A DNA stretch of 64,000 nt from Clostridia bacterium (GTDB lineage Bacteria; Bacillota; Clostridia; Oscillospirales; RGIG577): NCBI GenBank assembly GCA_017513095.1, contig JAFWDJ010000024.1, positions 6,073-70,072 on the forward strand, read 5' to 3'. A program made the translations under genes and the position numbers. This document shows positions 22,284-32,060 of the stretch, in pieces; the stretch's first letter is position 1; each line of letters begins with the position of its first letter. The notes under the pieces are model-generated. The model worked only from the letters and a program-made list of their open reading frames with translations. It made no database searches and had not been told where the DNA came from.

Positions 22284-22526
22284 TTACGTTATAACTTCGT
22301 ACATTGTCTGCGCGTCGTCTTTTCTCACCGTTTCCTTAACGTCCGTTACCCTGACCTTTATATTCTTCTGTCCGAAGGCAATTTCTATTGTGTCGCCCGC
22401 TTTTATCTCGTAAGAAGCCTTGGCCGGTCTGCCGTTTACGATGACGCGCCCCGCGTCGCACGCTTCGTTTGCGACCGTTCTGCGCTTTATTAGACGCGAT
22501 ACCTTTAAATACTTGTCAAGTCTCAT
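22284..22526 (-). CDS. S4-domain RNA-binding protein (YabO/Hsp15-like)
   Basis: 80 aa from MRLDKYLKVSRLIKRRT (S4 motif). The upstream part of the 150-aa ORF overlaps hup and is Arg/Leu-rich junk. Confidence 0.8.
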   Translation of the reverse strand: MRLDKYLKVSRLIKRRTVANEACDAGRVIVNGRPAKASYEIKAGDTIEIAFGQKNIKVRVTDVKETVRKDDAQTMYEVIT

Positions 22527-22611
22527 GGCTTTCCTCTCACTTAAAAACACGATATAGAAAATATAGCTTCTGTTTTGCGAAACAGAAGCTATAATCTGCA
22601 AAATCAAATAA

Positions 22612-22884
22612 TTATGCGATGGTATCCTTAAGAGCCTTGCCTGCCTTGAAAACGGGAGCCTTAGAAGCGGGGATGTCGATAGTCTTGCCGGTCTGCGGGT
22701 TCTTGCCCTTGCGAGCGGGACGATCCTTAACCTCAAAAGTACCGAAACCGATTATCTGTACCTTGTCGCCGGCCTTGAGCGCCTCGGTAACAACGTCGAG
22801 TACTGCGTTTACGGCAATGTCTGCGTCCTTCTTGGATAAACCTGATTTCTGTGCAACGGTAGCAATTAACGTGCTTTTGTTCAT
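22612..22884 (-). CDS. hup: DNA-binding protein HU
   Basis: 90 aa: MNKSTLIATVA...GFGTFEVKDRPARKGKNPQTGKTIDIPASKAPVFKAGKALKD. GGAGG RBS before the ATG at 22884. Confidence 0.95.
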   Translation of the reverse strand: MNKSTLIATVAQKSGLSKKDADIAVNAVLDVVTEALKAGDKVQIIGFGTFEVKDRPARKGKNPQTGKTIDIPASKAPVFKAGKALKDTIA

Positions 22885-22938
22885 GATAACCTCCAAATGT
22901 TTTATTTTTTCTCTCTTAACAATGCTTAAGACTAAAAG

Positions 22939-23733
22939 TTAAACCAAATTTTTATATTCGTTCCAAAGCTTGTCCATTTCAACAAGGCTTAACTTGTCAA
23001 TGGGTACATTATACCTTAATTCCGCCTGCTTTTCAATATATAAATAACGACTTATGAATTTTTTATTTGAAGCCATCAAAGAAAGCTCCGGGTCTATCTT
23101 CAGCCGTCTCAATATATTCACGCAGGCGAACATAACGTCGCCTCCCTCTTCGGAGATCTTTTCGCAATCGCCCGATTTTAAGGCCTCGGAAAGCTCGTCC
23201 ACCTCTTCGCGAAGCTTTGAGAGGGCGTCATCGTCGGATTCAAAGTCAAATCCGACCTTGGCGGCCTCCTTTTGTATTTTGTACGCATACATCGGCGAGG
23301 GCAGACTCTTTGCGATGCCGCTCATAACGTCGGACGCGTCCTTCTGCGCCTTTTCCTGCTTCTTTATCTTCGCCCAGTTGTCAAGCACCTCGTCGGCGTT
23401 GTCGGCCTTAACGTCGGAAAAGATGTGAGGATGACGCCGTATCAGCTTTTCGCAGATGCCGGTCGTCACGTCGTTGATATTGAAGCGGCCTGATTCTCTG
23501 GCCATTTCCGTATGGAATACGACCTGGAGCAGAACGTCGCCGAGCTCTTCCTTTAAATGCTCGTCGTTTCGTTCCTCTATCGCGTCAACTACCTCGTAAG
23601 TCTCCTCGATAAAGTTGCTCTTTATTGAATCGTGCGTCTGTTCGCGGTCCCACGGGCACTCTTTGCGCAGGATCTCCATTATCTTTAGCAAGTCAGAAAA
23701 AGTATATGCGCTTTTTTGTTCAAAGTCAACCAT
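22939..23733 (-). CDS. mazG: MazG-family nucleoside triphosphate pyrophosphohydrolase
   Basis: 264 aa with tandem MazG domains (EETYEVVDAIE...EELGDVLLQVV; second EE..E..GD block). Synteny yabM-yabN(mazG)-yabO-hup as in Bacilli. Confidence 0.85.
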   Translation of the reverse strand: MVDFEQKSAYTFSDLLKIMEILRKECPWDREQTHDSIKSNFIEETYEVVDAIEERNDEHLKEELGDVLLQVVFHTEMARESGRFNINDVTTGICEKLIRRHPHIFSDVKADNADEVLDNWAKIKKQEKAQKDASDVMSGIAKSLPSPMYAYKIQKEAAKVGFDFESDDDALSKLREEVDELSEALKSGDCEKISEEGGDVMFACVNILRRLKIDPELSLMASNKKFISRYLYIEKQAELRYNVPIDKLSLVEMDKLWNEYKNLV

Positions 23734-25386
23734 TTATTTTGATATCCTTTCTTTTTTTATCCACCCGAAGCGCTCCATTATCGAAACGAGCTTTTTGCCC
23801 TTGGGCATAAGCAAGAGGTCCTCGCGTATAAATCCGCGCAGCGCCACGAGCATGAAGAAGTATATGAGAAGCGCGGCAACAAGCGCAGCAAGTGTGGCTA
23901 TATGAGGATTTATTACCCTTGCGAGCGCATTGTAGCATACGTACGAGCCTACGCCCATCGCCGCCGCGCTTACAAGCGGCTTTATGAGCATATTTAAGAA
24001 ATTCAGGCGGATATGCGTGACCTTTATAAGCATTATAAAGTTGAGTATCGTTATCGTGGCATAACAAAGCGTTGTGCCTATGGGCGCGCCGCCTATGTTT
24101 ATCGACGGAGTGCCGACTAAAAAGTAATTCGTAACAAGCTTTACAACGCCGCCGCAGAGCATTGTATATACCGGTATATTGGGACGGCTTATCGCCTGGA
24201 GCATGGAGTTCGTTATCGACACCATGCAGACGAAAAGCACGCCCGCTCCGAGCGAAGTAAGCAGCGGAGCCGCGATCTCGACCTCGCTTAAGCGCTTAAA
24301 GAAGATAAGGCTCAAAATGGGCTTGCTCAACACGGCAAGGCCTATGGCGCAGGGCATTGCTATAAGCATACCTATGCGGAGTCCCGAGCCTATAGTCGCG
24401 TGAAGCTTTACCTTGTCCTTTACCGCGAACGCGGCCGAGATTATCGGGATTATGCTAATGCTTAAGCTTACGACTATCGAGGGCGGCAGATTGAAAAGCG
24501 TTACGGCCATCGACGTATACGTGCCGTAGAGCGAATTGGCCTGCGCCTGCGTAAAGCCCGCGTCACCGAGACGGTTCATAACGAGCAGAAGGTCGATAAG
24601 GTTGGTTATGCTTATGACCGACGCGCCTATCGTTACCGGTACGGCTATCTTTAAAAGCTGGCGGAATATTTCCTTTCCGGGCCGCGCCTCTTGCCCCTTG
24701 GCAAGGCTTTTTATCTCGCGCACGCGCTTTGAGCGCTGGTAATAGACCCACATGAGAATCGCGCCCAGAATGCTTCCGACGGTTATACCCGTAACTGCTC
24801 CGGAAGCCGCAAGCTCGATGGACTGACCGGCCTTTATTATCATATAAGCCGCAAGAAAGCCTATTACAAGCTTTGCGGCGGCCTCCACCACCTGAGACAT
24901 CGCCGTGGGTACCATGTTCGAGAGCCCCTGAAAGAAGCCGCGGAACGTGGACATTATCGCAACAAAGAATATCGCGGGAGCGATCACGAGCACGCTCGTC
25001 ATGGCCTTATCGTTGTTCGCGGCCTTTGAGAAGGCGTCGGCTCCGAAGAACATTATAAGCGAAGCCGCAAGTCCCACGACCATGAAAACCACGAGGGACA
25101 CGTTGAATATGCGTTTAACGTCAGCCCATCTTCCGAGCGCCGCGTTTTCGGATACCATTTTCGATATGGCAACCGGAAGTCCGGCGGTGGAAAGCACGAA
25201 CAGCAGCTGATATATGCTGTACGCGGTCTGAAAGTATCCCATACCCTCGCTGCCTATTAAGTTTGTAAGCGGCACCTTGAAGAGCGCGCCGATAATTTTT
25301 ACAATGACGTTTGCGGCAATGAGGATCATCGCGCCGTGCATAAACGAACTCTGCGTGTTCGTAAGACTTGATCGCCTTTCGTTCAA
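23734..25386 (-). CDS. MOP-superfamily flippase (SpoVB/YabM-like polysaccharide or lipid II flippase)
   Basis: 550 aa with a 14-TM-like profile. Sits immediately upstream of mazG, as yabM does in B. subtilis. Confidence 0.75.
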   Translation of the reverse strand: MNERRSSLTNTQSSFMHGAMILIAANVIVKIIGALFKVPLTNLIGSEGMGYFQTAYSIYQLLFVLSTAGLPVAISKMVSENAALGRWADVKRIFNVSLVVFMVVGLAASLIMFFGADAFSKAANNDKAMTSVLVIAPAIFFVAIMSTFRGFFQGLSNMVPTAMSQVVEAAAKLVIGFLAAYMIIKAGQSIELAASGAVTGITVGSILGAILMWVYYQRSKRVREIKSLAKGQEARPGKEIFRQLLKIAVPVTIGASVISITNLIDLLLVMNRLGDAGFTQAQANSLYGTYTSMAVTLFNLPPSIVVSLSISIIPIISAAFAVKDKVKLHATIGSGLRIGMLIAMPCAIGLAVLSKPILSLIFFKRLSEVEIAAPLLTSLGAGVLFVCMVSITNSMLQAISRPNIPVYTMLCGGVVKLVTNYFLVGTPSINIGGAPIGTTLCYATITILNFIMLIKVTHIRLNFLNMLIKPLVSAAAMGVGSYVCYNALARVINPHIATLAALVAALLIYFFMLVALRGFIREDLLLMPKGKKLVSIMERFGWIKKERISK

Positions 25387-25453
25387 AGAATAAGCCTCCC
25401 GAAGTTTTTAATAAATAATATGGAGCGCCGTGCGTTTTTATGCGGTGCGCCGC

Positions 25454-27574
25454 TTATACGTTGAATAAAAGCTCCGCGTAGGTGGGTATGGGCCAAAGCT
25501 CCTCGTCCACGATACGTTCAAGCGAATCGCAGTATCTTCTTATCTCGTCCATATCGCGGCAGATAACGTCGCGGTAGTAGCAGGCATTGTCGAAGGTAAA
25601 TTCGCGTCCGAGTATCTTCTTTAAATCCTGCCTTAACGTATATACGGCCTCATTTAAAGCGTTTATGCGCGTTGAAACGACCTTGAACTGTATCGACAGA
25701 TTCTCCGCAGCAGCGCTGTCTATCGCCTTTACGGCCGCGAGCGTCTCGGATATTTCCTTTAAGTACTTCTGCGACGCCGGAACTATCTGACGGCGCACGA
25801 GGTCTATGAGCGTACGCGCCTCGATTATCTTTTCCTTGGAGTATTTTTCGAGCATTATATCGAATCTTGCGGCAAGCTCGGACATCTGGTAGATGTTGTA
25901 GCGCTTGAAGATGGCAATAGTCTTTCTTTCAACAACGACCTTGGACGCGTCGACCATATTCGTTATCTCGGGAAGGCCTCTTCTTCTCGCTTCCTCGACC
26001 CACTCCTGCGAATAGCCGTTGCCGTTGAATAAAACGCGGCTGTGATTTTTGTAGATGTCCTTAATGATATCGCGTATTCCCGCGTTTATATCGTCGTATC
26101 CCCTGAGGCGTTCGGTTATTATCTCAAACGATTCCGCCGCTATCGTGTTTATTATCGTCGTTGCGAACGATACGGGCGCGGACGAGCCGAGCATGCGGAA
26201 CTCGAACTTGTTTCCCGTGAACGCGAACGGCGACGTGCGGTTTCTGTCGGAGTCGTCCGCCGATACGCTGGGGATGGCGCCCACGCCTACCGTGAGCGTG
26301 CTCTGCTTGTGAGCGGGCTGCTTCGGCGCCTCGCCCGCGATGTTAAGGAGCTTATTCGTTATATCCTCGCCCAAAAACATCGAAACTATGGCCGGCGGAG
26401 CCTCAAATCCGCCGAGTCGCTGGTCGTTGCCGGTGTTGGCAGCGGAAAGCCTGAGGAGTCCCGCATATTCGTCGACCGCGCGCACCATTGCGGAGATGAA
26501 GAGAAGGAATTCGAGATTGTCGCGTTCGCCGCCCTTCTTGGGAGGAGCGAGAAGATTTTTGCCCGTGTCCGTGGAGATGGACCAGTTGTTGTGCTTGCCG
26601 GAGCCGTTTATGTAGGAGAAGGGCTTTTCGTGGAGCAGGCATGCAAGACCGTGACGGTATGCCACGCGCTGCATCGTCTCCATTATGAGCTGGTTCTGGT
26701 CGGAGGCTATGTTTGCGGTGGTGTAAACGGGCGCAAGCTCGTGCTGCGCGGGAGCCACCTCGTTATGCTTCGTTTTCGCGAGTATGCCCATCTTCCAAAG
26801 CTCTATATCGAGCTCCTTCATGTACGAGGATATGCGCTCGGAAAGCGCGCCGTAGTAGTGATCCTCGAGCTCCTGACCCTTGGGAGGGCGCGAGCCGATA
26901 AGCGTGCGTCCCGCGAAAACGAGGTCCTTGCGCTGAAGGAACTTCTTGTAATCTATGAGGAAGTATTCCTGCTCAACGCCGATGCTGGGCGTTACCTTTT
27001 TTACGTCGTCGTGGCCGAGCACACGCAAAAGCTCGACGGCCTTGTCGTTTAAAGCCTGCATGGAGCGAAGAAGCGGGGTCTTTTCGTCCAGCGTTTCGCC
27101 CGTGTACGACAAAAACGTAGTGGGTATGCAGAGCGTAACGCCCGACAGGTCCTCCTTTAAGAAGGTGGGCGACGTGGGATCCCACGCGGTATATCCGCGC
27201 GCCTCGAACGTAGCCCGAAGGCCGCCCGACGGAAAGCTCGACGCGTCCGATTCACCCTTAATCAAGACCTTGCCGTTGAATTCGAGTATTGCGTGTCCGC
27301 CGTGCTCCGCCGAAAGAAAAGCCTCATGCTTTTCGGCGGTAGAGCCGTTTAAAGGCTGGAACCAGTGCGTATAATGCGTGGCTCCCCTTTCAAGCGCCCA
27401 CTCTTTCATAACGAGAGCGACCTCGTCGGCCACCTCGCGTGAAAGCTGATATCCTCCGTCTATGGCTTTTCTGAATTCCTGATAAGCCTGCGCGCTTAAA
27501 CGCTCCTTGATTATGCTTTCGTGAAAAACGTTGCACGCGAAGTCTCGCTCCATTACAAAATTATTATTATCCAT
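25454..27574 (-). CDS. glnN: Type III glutamine synthetase
   Basis: About 706 aa. GSIII-type length and motifs (NGSGKHNNWS, EVAPAQHELAP). The start is uncertain (27574 or 27586). Confidence 0.9.
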   Translation of the reverse strand: MDNNNFVMERDFACNVFHESIIKERLSAQAYQEFRKAIDGGYQLSREVADEVALVMKEWALERGATHYTHWFQPLNGSTAEKHEAFLSAEHGGHAILEFNGKVLIKGESDASSFPSGGLRATFEARGYTAWDPTSPTFLKEDLSGVTLCIPTTFLSYTGETLDEKTPLLRSMQALNDKAVELLRVLGHDDVKKVTPSIGVEQEYFLIDYKKFLQRKDLVFAGRTLIGSRPPKGQELEDHYYGALSERISSYMKELDIELWKMGILAKTKHNEVAPAQHELAPVYTTANIASDQNQLIMETMQRVAYRHGLACLLHEKPFSYINGSGKHNNWSISTDTGKNLLAPPKKGGERDNLEFLLFISAMVRAVDEYAGLLRLSAANTGNDQRLGGFEAPPAIVSMFLGEDITNKLLNIAGEAPKQPAHKQSTLTVGVGAIPSVSADDSDRNRTSPFAFTGNKFEFRMLGSSAPVSFATTIINTIAAESFEIITERLRGYDDINAGIRDIIKDIYKNHSRVLFNGNGYSQEWVEEARRRGLPEITNMVDASKVVVERKTIAIFKRYNIYQMSELAARFDIMLEKYSKEKIIEARTLIDLVRRQIVPASQKYLKEISETLAAVKAIDSAAAENLSIQFKVVSTRINALNEAVYTLRQDLKKILGREFTFDNACYYRDVICRDMDEIRRYCDSLERIVDEELWPIPTYAELLFNV

Positions 27575-27695
27575 ACCTGCACACATAATCCATTTAAGCT
27601 ATTTAGACCTTATGGACATTTCCTTTCTCCCAAAAACATGGGTTTATTTGAGTTAAAAAACCGCCGTAAAGCTTTTATTAAATTTATATAATAAG

Positions 27696-28895
27696 TCAGT
27701 TGAACTTATCAAACGCAAATTCTGTCCCCTCGGCTTTCGGAACGCCGTAATAGTCCCACTGGTGATCCGTGTCGCGCATAAATTCGTCCGTTACGTTGAA
27801 ATATTTATGCGCGGCGTAAGACGTAAATCTGTCGCCGTGTATATTGTCCTCGGTTATGCCGAAATCTATTGGGTCGTCCCACGTTGCGTCCACGCAGTAC
27901 CACTCGCCGCCTAAGTTTACCATATTCCACGCGTGCTCCTCTGCGGAATACGCGTGCGCGCCGGAGATTATCATGTTTTCTATGCCCAGCATATCCATAA
28001 AAAGTGAGAACGTCGAGGCATAGCCCATGCACGAGGCGCTGTGCTCTATAAGGAAACCGTAAGGATTTTCACAGTCCCCGCCGCCTTCGCCGACTATTGC
28101 GCTTTTGTCGTAATCGGCGTGGGTTATCATATAATCGTGTACGGCGTGCTCCTTTTCGTATTCGGTCATGTCGCAGGTTATGACGCGGGACAATACGTCA
28201 GCCGCGGCGCGCAGCACGGCCGCGTCCTTTTCGGAAAGCCCCGAGGCGTCGCCGGTGCGGTATGCCGCAAGCACGGCGGTGGAGTCGTATACGGCCATTT
28301 CGTTTAAGCCCGACGAGTCGAACACGACGTAACCGTTTTCATCGAGGGATACGGCATATTCAGACGCGTCGTACAGATCCGCCGAAGCGGCGCCGTCATC
28401 GCCCGCAGATTCAAAGCAGCCGCGAAAGGCCGCCTTCGCCGCGGGGGTATCCGTGCATATCAAAAGCGCGGCAAAGCCTTGCCGGGACACGACCTCGGCG
28501 GACTTTACGATATCCGCCTCCCTCGGCGCGTATCCCGAGAAATCCGAGTATCGGTTTTTTATGTATTCGTAAAGCGCGTCGGCCGCTTCGTCCCCGCAGT
28601 CCTCTTCGGAAAGCCGAAAAACGGCGATCTCCTGCGGATTTAAGCCCTCGGCGCAGATTACGGCAGCGTCTTTTAAAAGCCCGCCGTCAATGCCGTAAAA
28701 ATCTTTTGCGTATTTGAATGCTTCGCTTTTTTCGGCAAGCGTTTCTTTATAGACCGAAGAGTCGGGCTGGCTTTTTAGTACGATTTCGGCAATTTCAAGC
28801 GCCGATTTTTCGGGCGCCGACCGGCCTTGACACGCCGAAAGCGCAAAAACTGCCGCCAAACATAAAAGCAAAAGGAAAAGTCGTTTCATTTTCAC
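27696..28895 (-). CDS. Lipoprotein with a C-terminal transglutaminase-like cysteine protease core
   Basis: Lipobox LSAC. C-terminal Cys-His-Asp core pattern (SASCMGYASTF...HAWNMV...VDATWD). Confidence 0.65.
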   Translation of the reverse strand: MKMKRLFLLLLCLAAVFALSACQGRSAPEKSALEIAEIVLKSQPDSSVYKETLAEKSEAFKYAKDFYGIDGGLLKDAAVICAEGLNPQEIAVFRLSEEDCGDEAADALYEYIKNRYSDFSGYAPREADIVKSAEVVSRQGFAALLICTDTPAAKAAFRGCFESAGDDGAASADLYDASEYAVSLDENGYVVFDSSGLNEMAVYDSTAVLAAYRTGDASGLSEKDAAVLRAAADVLSRVITCDMTEYEKEHAVHDYMITHADYDKSAIVGEGGGDCENPYGFLIEHSASCMGYASTFSLFMDMLGIENMIISGAHAYSAEEHAWNMVNLGGEWYCVDATWDDPIDFGITEDNIHGDRFTSYAAHKYFNVTDEFMRDTDHQWDYYGVPKAEGTEFAFDKFN

Positions 28896-29035
28896 CTCGG
28901 AAAGTACCGAAATATAAAAACACGCTGCTTTTATAATATCACAATTCGGCCCGTTTGTCGAATAAAACTTTGCAAATAATAAAAAACGGTAAGCCTGCCG
29001 AAAAAAACGGAAGGCTTACCACGTTTATTCGTCGT

Positions 29036-29422
29036 TTATTGCAGTTTTGCGCCGCAGCTTGAGCAGAACTGACTGCCGGGCGCGTTTCCTGCGCCGCATT
29101 CGCCGCACATCACGCTGTCCTTAACGCCCGCAAGCTTTATCTTTAAGAGTTCTATATCCTTAAGCTTTTCGGAAATGACCGCGCATTTTTCGTTTATGGT
29201 CTCCGAAGGCTCACCGTTCTCCGAGAAAGCTTTATATACGAGCCTGCCTATTTCGGTGTAGAGAGAATCCACTTCGTTTTCAACGTCGGCTATCGCGACC
29301 TTCAGCTTGGTCGCTTCAACGATCTCGCCCGTTTTTTTTGTTACGGTCGTCGTCGTCGAACGCGCCGCCTTGACAAATTGGTTGAATAAACCGCTCGTTA
29401 TGTTGTCTGCCATCATAGTCAC
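29036..29422 (-). CDS. Zinc-ribbon domain protein
   Basis: 128 aa. Coiled-coil-like N-terminal part and a C-terminal CGECG...CSSCG ribbon. Confidence 0.6.
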   Translation of the reverse strand: MTMMADNITSGLFNQFVKAARSTTTTVTKKTGEIVEATKLKVAIADVENEVDSLYTEIGRLVYKAFSENGEPSETINEKCAVISEKLKDIELLKIKLAGVKDSVMCGECGAGNAPGSQFCSSCGAKLQ

Positions 29423-29505
29423 CTTTCTTTATGTTACTTAAAATAAATGCATCTGTAATATATTTATTATATCGGGAAACTCCCGAAATGTCTACATGGT
29501 TTCGG

Positions 29506-30978
29506 CTATTTTTTATTTAAGAAAGCCTCAAGCTTTTCGTGATTGCGCTTAACTTTTGAAAAATCATCGATATACTCATACGGATATTTGTAGTTGAAAA
29601 CGCGCTCTATCCTGCCGCCGCCGCAGAGAAGCTTGCTTACAGCTCCCGCTCCCGCGCCGAGCACGGGCATTACCTCCTCCATCATATATACGTTGTAGAG
29701 GCTTTCAAAGCCGGGCTTTGAATAGCCCGTGTTTTCAAGATTGCCGAGCGTAGATTTCTGGCGGTAGAGATAATACGGAAGATATCCGTTTTCCGAAAGT
29801 CGCTCGGACGCGTACGAAAGCATGCCGTTTACCCGCTCGAACTCGCGCGTCATGTCGACGCGGTCGTAGTTCAAATTCGAGCCGCGCTTTACGCTCAGCG
29901 TGTGAACCGTCACGTTCTCGGGCTCAAGCGTCAGAATATCGTCCACGGTACGCATAAAGCTCTCCTGCGATTCGCCCGGGAGCCCTGCTATGACGTCCGT
30001 ATTTATGCATTTGAAGCCCGCCTCGCGCGCGAGATAAAACGCGCCGAAGAAATCTTCTCTCGTATGTCTGCGGCCGAGCTTTTTCAGTATCTCGTCGTTC
30101 GTCGTCTGAGGATTTACGCTCACGCGCGTCACGCCGAGCGCTTTTGCGTCCGAAAGCTTCTTTTTCGTTATCGTGTCTGCCCTGCCCGCCTCGAGCGTAT
30201 ATTCGGACAGTTTCGAGACGTCGAAGCTGTCGTATACGCAGGAAAGCAGCCTCAAAAGCTCGTTTTCGTCAAGCGATGTGGGCGTGCCGCCGCCTATGTA
30301 TATCGAGCGTAAATTAAGGGAAAGCGAGGAAATGAGGCTCGAAAGCTCCAAAAGCTCGCGTATGAGCAGTGAAACGTAGGGATGAACGAGATTTCCGGCT
30401 TTTTCTATGGAGTGCGACACGAAGCTGCAGTAGCTGCATCGGCTCACGCAGAACGGGATTGATATGTAAAGCGAAATATCTTTACACCCTACGCCGTCAA
30501 TTATGGCGCTCTGCACGTCGGACACCTTCAATATGAGCTCGCTTTTTTCGCGCGAAACGTAATAGTCGTCCATGAGCGTTTTAAGAGCGCCGTCGTAATC
30601 GTTTGATTTTCTTAAGTCCCTCGCAAGCTTCGCGGGGCGGATACCCGTAAGTATCCCCCACTTGAGATCGGCGCCTGCGGCCGACTTTGAGGCCTCGTAC
30701 GCCGATTTTTTCACGAGGTCCTTAAACGCCCGCTTATATGAAAGCGTGTCCGCAGGCATATCGTCCTCGCGTCGTTCGGAGGATGCCCGGTAAGTACTGC
30801 CTTTATATGAAATCTCGGTGTCGATGTATAATATGCCGTTTTCCTGCCGTTTTGTGCTGACACACTCGTCGGGATCGCCGCACGCCGGCTTTTCGGAGAC
30901 GGTCTCGAACCAGAAAAAGCTCTTTAAAACGGTATATACGCTGTATGACTCGTCGTGTCCCGCGGTCTTAATTTGCAT
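29506..30978 (-). CDS. hemZ: HemZ-type oxygen-independent coproporphyrinogen-III-oxidase-like radical SAM protein
   Basis: 490 aa. CVSRCSYC (CxxxCxxC) cluster motif and HemN-like body. The long N-terminal extension is typical of HemZ. Confidence 0.75.
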   Translation of the reverse strand: MQIKTAGHDESYSVYTVLKSFFWFETVSEKPACGDPDECVSTKRQENGILYIDTEISYKGSTYRASSERREDDMPADTLSYKRAFKDLVKKSAYEASKSAAGADLKWGILTGIRPAKLARDLRKSNDYDGALKTLMDDYYVSREKSELILKVSDVQSAIIDGVGCKDISLYISIPFCVSRCSYCSFVSHSIEKAGNLVHPYVSLLIRELLELSSLISSLSLNLRSIYIGGGTPTSLDENELLRLLSCVYDSFDVSKLSEYTLEAGRADTITKKKLSDAKALGVTRVSVNPQTTNDEILKKLGRRHTREDFFGAFYLAREAGFKCINTDVIAGLPGESQESFMRTVDDILTLEPENVTVHTLSVKRGSNLNYDRVDMTREFERVNGMLSYASERLSENGYLPYYLYRQKSTLGNLENTGYSKPGFESLYNVYMMEEVMPVLGAGAGAVSKLLCGGGRIERVFNYKYPYEYIDDFSKVKRNHEKLEAFLNKK

Positions 30979-31561
30979 AGCGGCTTTCTCTCATGTAGGG
31001 GTTGTTCATTCGCTCGTAATTAAGCGTCGTCTTGGGACCGTGACCGGGGAAAACGGCGCAGTTGCCGGAGATGAGGCTGAGCCTCTTGAGCGAACGAAGC
31101 ATCTCCCTGTAATCGCCGCCGGGCAGGTCGCATCTGCCGCAGTTCTCACGAAACAGCGTATCGCCGCTGAATATGGTGGCTTCCACCTTTACGCAGAGAG
31201 AGCCCTTTGAATGGCCGGGGGTTATTAAAAATTCATAAGTAAGGCCGCCTATTTCAAGGGTGTCGCCGTCCTCAACGTAACGCACGTCCTTCCAGTCCTT
31301 TTTTATGTTCGTCTCCTCTTTGCAGACGTAAATCGGGATATTGAGCGCTTCCTGAATCTTTTTTACGGCGCCGATATGGTCGAAATGCGTGTGCGTAAGA
31401 ATTATTGCCTCGGCGTCTATCTTTATCGTGCGAAGCACGTCGAGAATCGTAAGCGCCTCGTCGCCGGGATCGATTATAACGCCCGTGGCCGCGTTTTCGT
31501 CGAATACTATATAACAGTTCGTTTCGAGCGCGCCTACGGTTATGTTCATGCCCTTCAACAT
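30968..31561 (-). CDS. MBL-fold metallo-hydrolase
   Basis: HxHxDH motif (LTHTHFDHIG) and downstream PGHSKGS. Start at MLKGMNI (31561), after AAGGCGGA. Confidence 0.8.
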   Translation of the reverse strand: MLKGMNITVGALETNCYIVFDENAATGVIIDPGDEALTILDVLRTIKIDAEAIILTHTHFDHIGAVKKIQEALNIPIYVCKEETNIKKDWKDVRYVEDGDTLEIGGLTYEFLITPGHSKGSLCVKVEATIFSGDTLFRENCGRCDLPGGDYREMLRSLKRLSLISGNCAVFPGHGPKTTLNYERMNNPYMRESRYAN

Positions 31562-31589
31562 AAATGATCCGCCTTTCTTTCTATGAAAA

Positions 31590-32039
31590 CTATTTGTTTT
31601 TTGAGTCAAGTAATATGGTCACGGGGCCGTCGTTTAATATTTCCACCTGCATATCAGCGCCGAACCGGCCGTGCGCCACCTTCGAAATGCCGCTTTTTTT
31701 CATCCTTTCGATGAATTCAAGGTACATATTCTCGGCAAATTCGGGCTGCGCCGCGTTAATGTAGCTCGGGCGGTTGCCCTTTTTCGTGTCGGCGCAGAGG
31801 GTGAACTGCGATATGATAAGCGCCTCGCCGCCGATATCCAAAACGGAAAGATTCATCTTGCCGTTTTCATCGGAGAAAATTCTCAGCGCCGGTATTTTTT
31901 TTAAAAGATACTCCATATCCTCCTTCGTGTCTTCCGAAAAAACGCCGAGCAGGATATTGAGCCCCTGCGATATCTCGCCTATCACTTCGCCTCCGACCGA
32001 GACACGGGACGAACGCACTCTCTGAATAAGCGCCCTCAT
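31590..32039 (-). CDS. dtd: D-aminoacyl-tRNA deacylase
   Basis: 149 aa: MRALIQRV...ISQFTLCADTKKGNRPS...NDGPVT, typical of Dtd. Confidence 0.92.
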   Translation of the reverse strand: MRALIQRVRSSRVSVGGEVIGEISQGLNILLGVFSEDTKEDMEYLLKKIPALRIFSDENGKMNLSVLDIGGEALIISQFTLCADTKKGNRPSYINAAQPEFAENMYLEFIERMKKSGISKVAHGRFGADMQVEILNDGPVTILLDSKNK

Positions 32040-32060
32040 AACGCACCGCCTTTAAAATAA

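Noticed and set aside
22527-22736. N-terminal 70-aa extension of the S4-domain ORF, overlapping the hup 3' end
   Set aside because: The extension is Arg/Leu-rich junk and overlaps HU. The S4 domain starts at MRLDKYLK with its own start codon at 22526.
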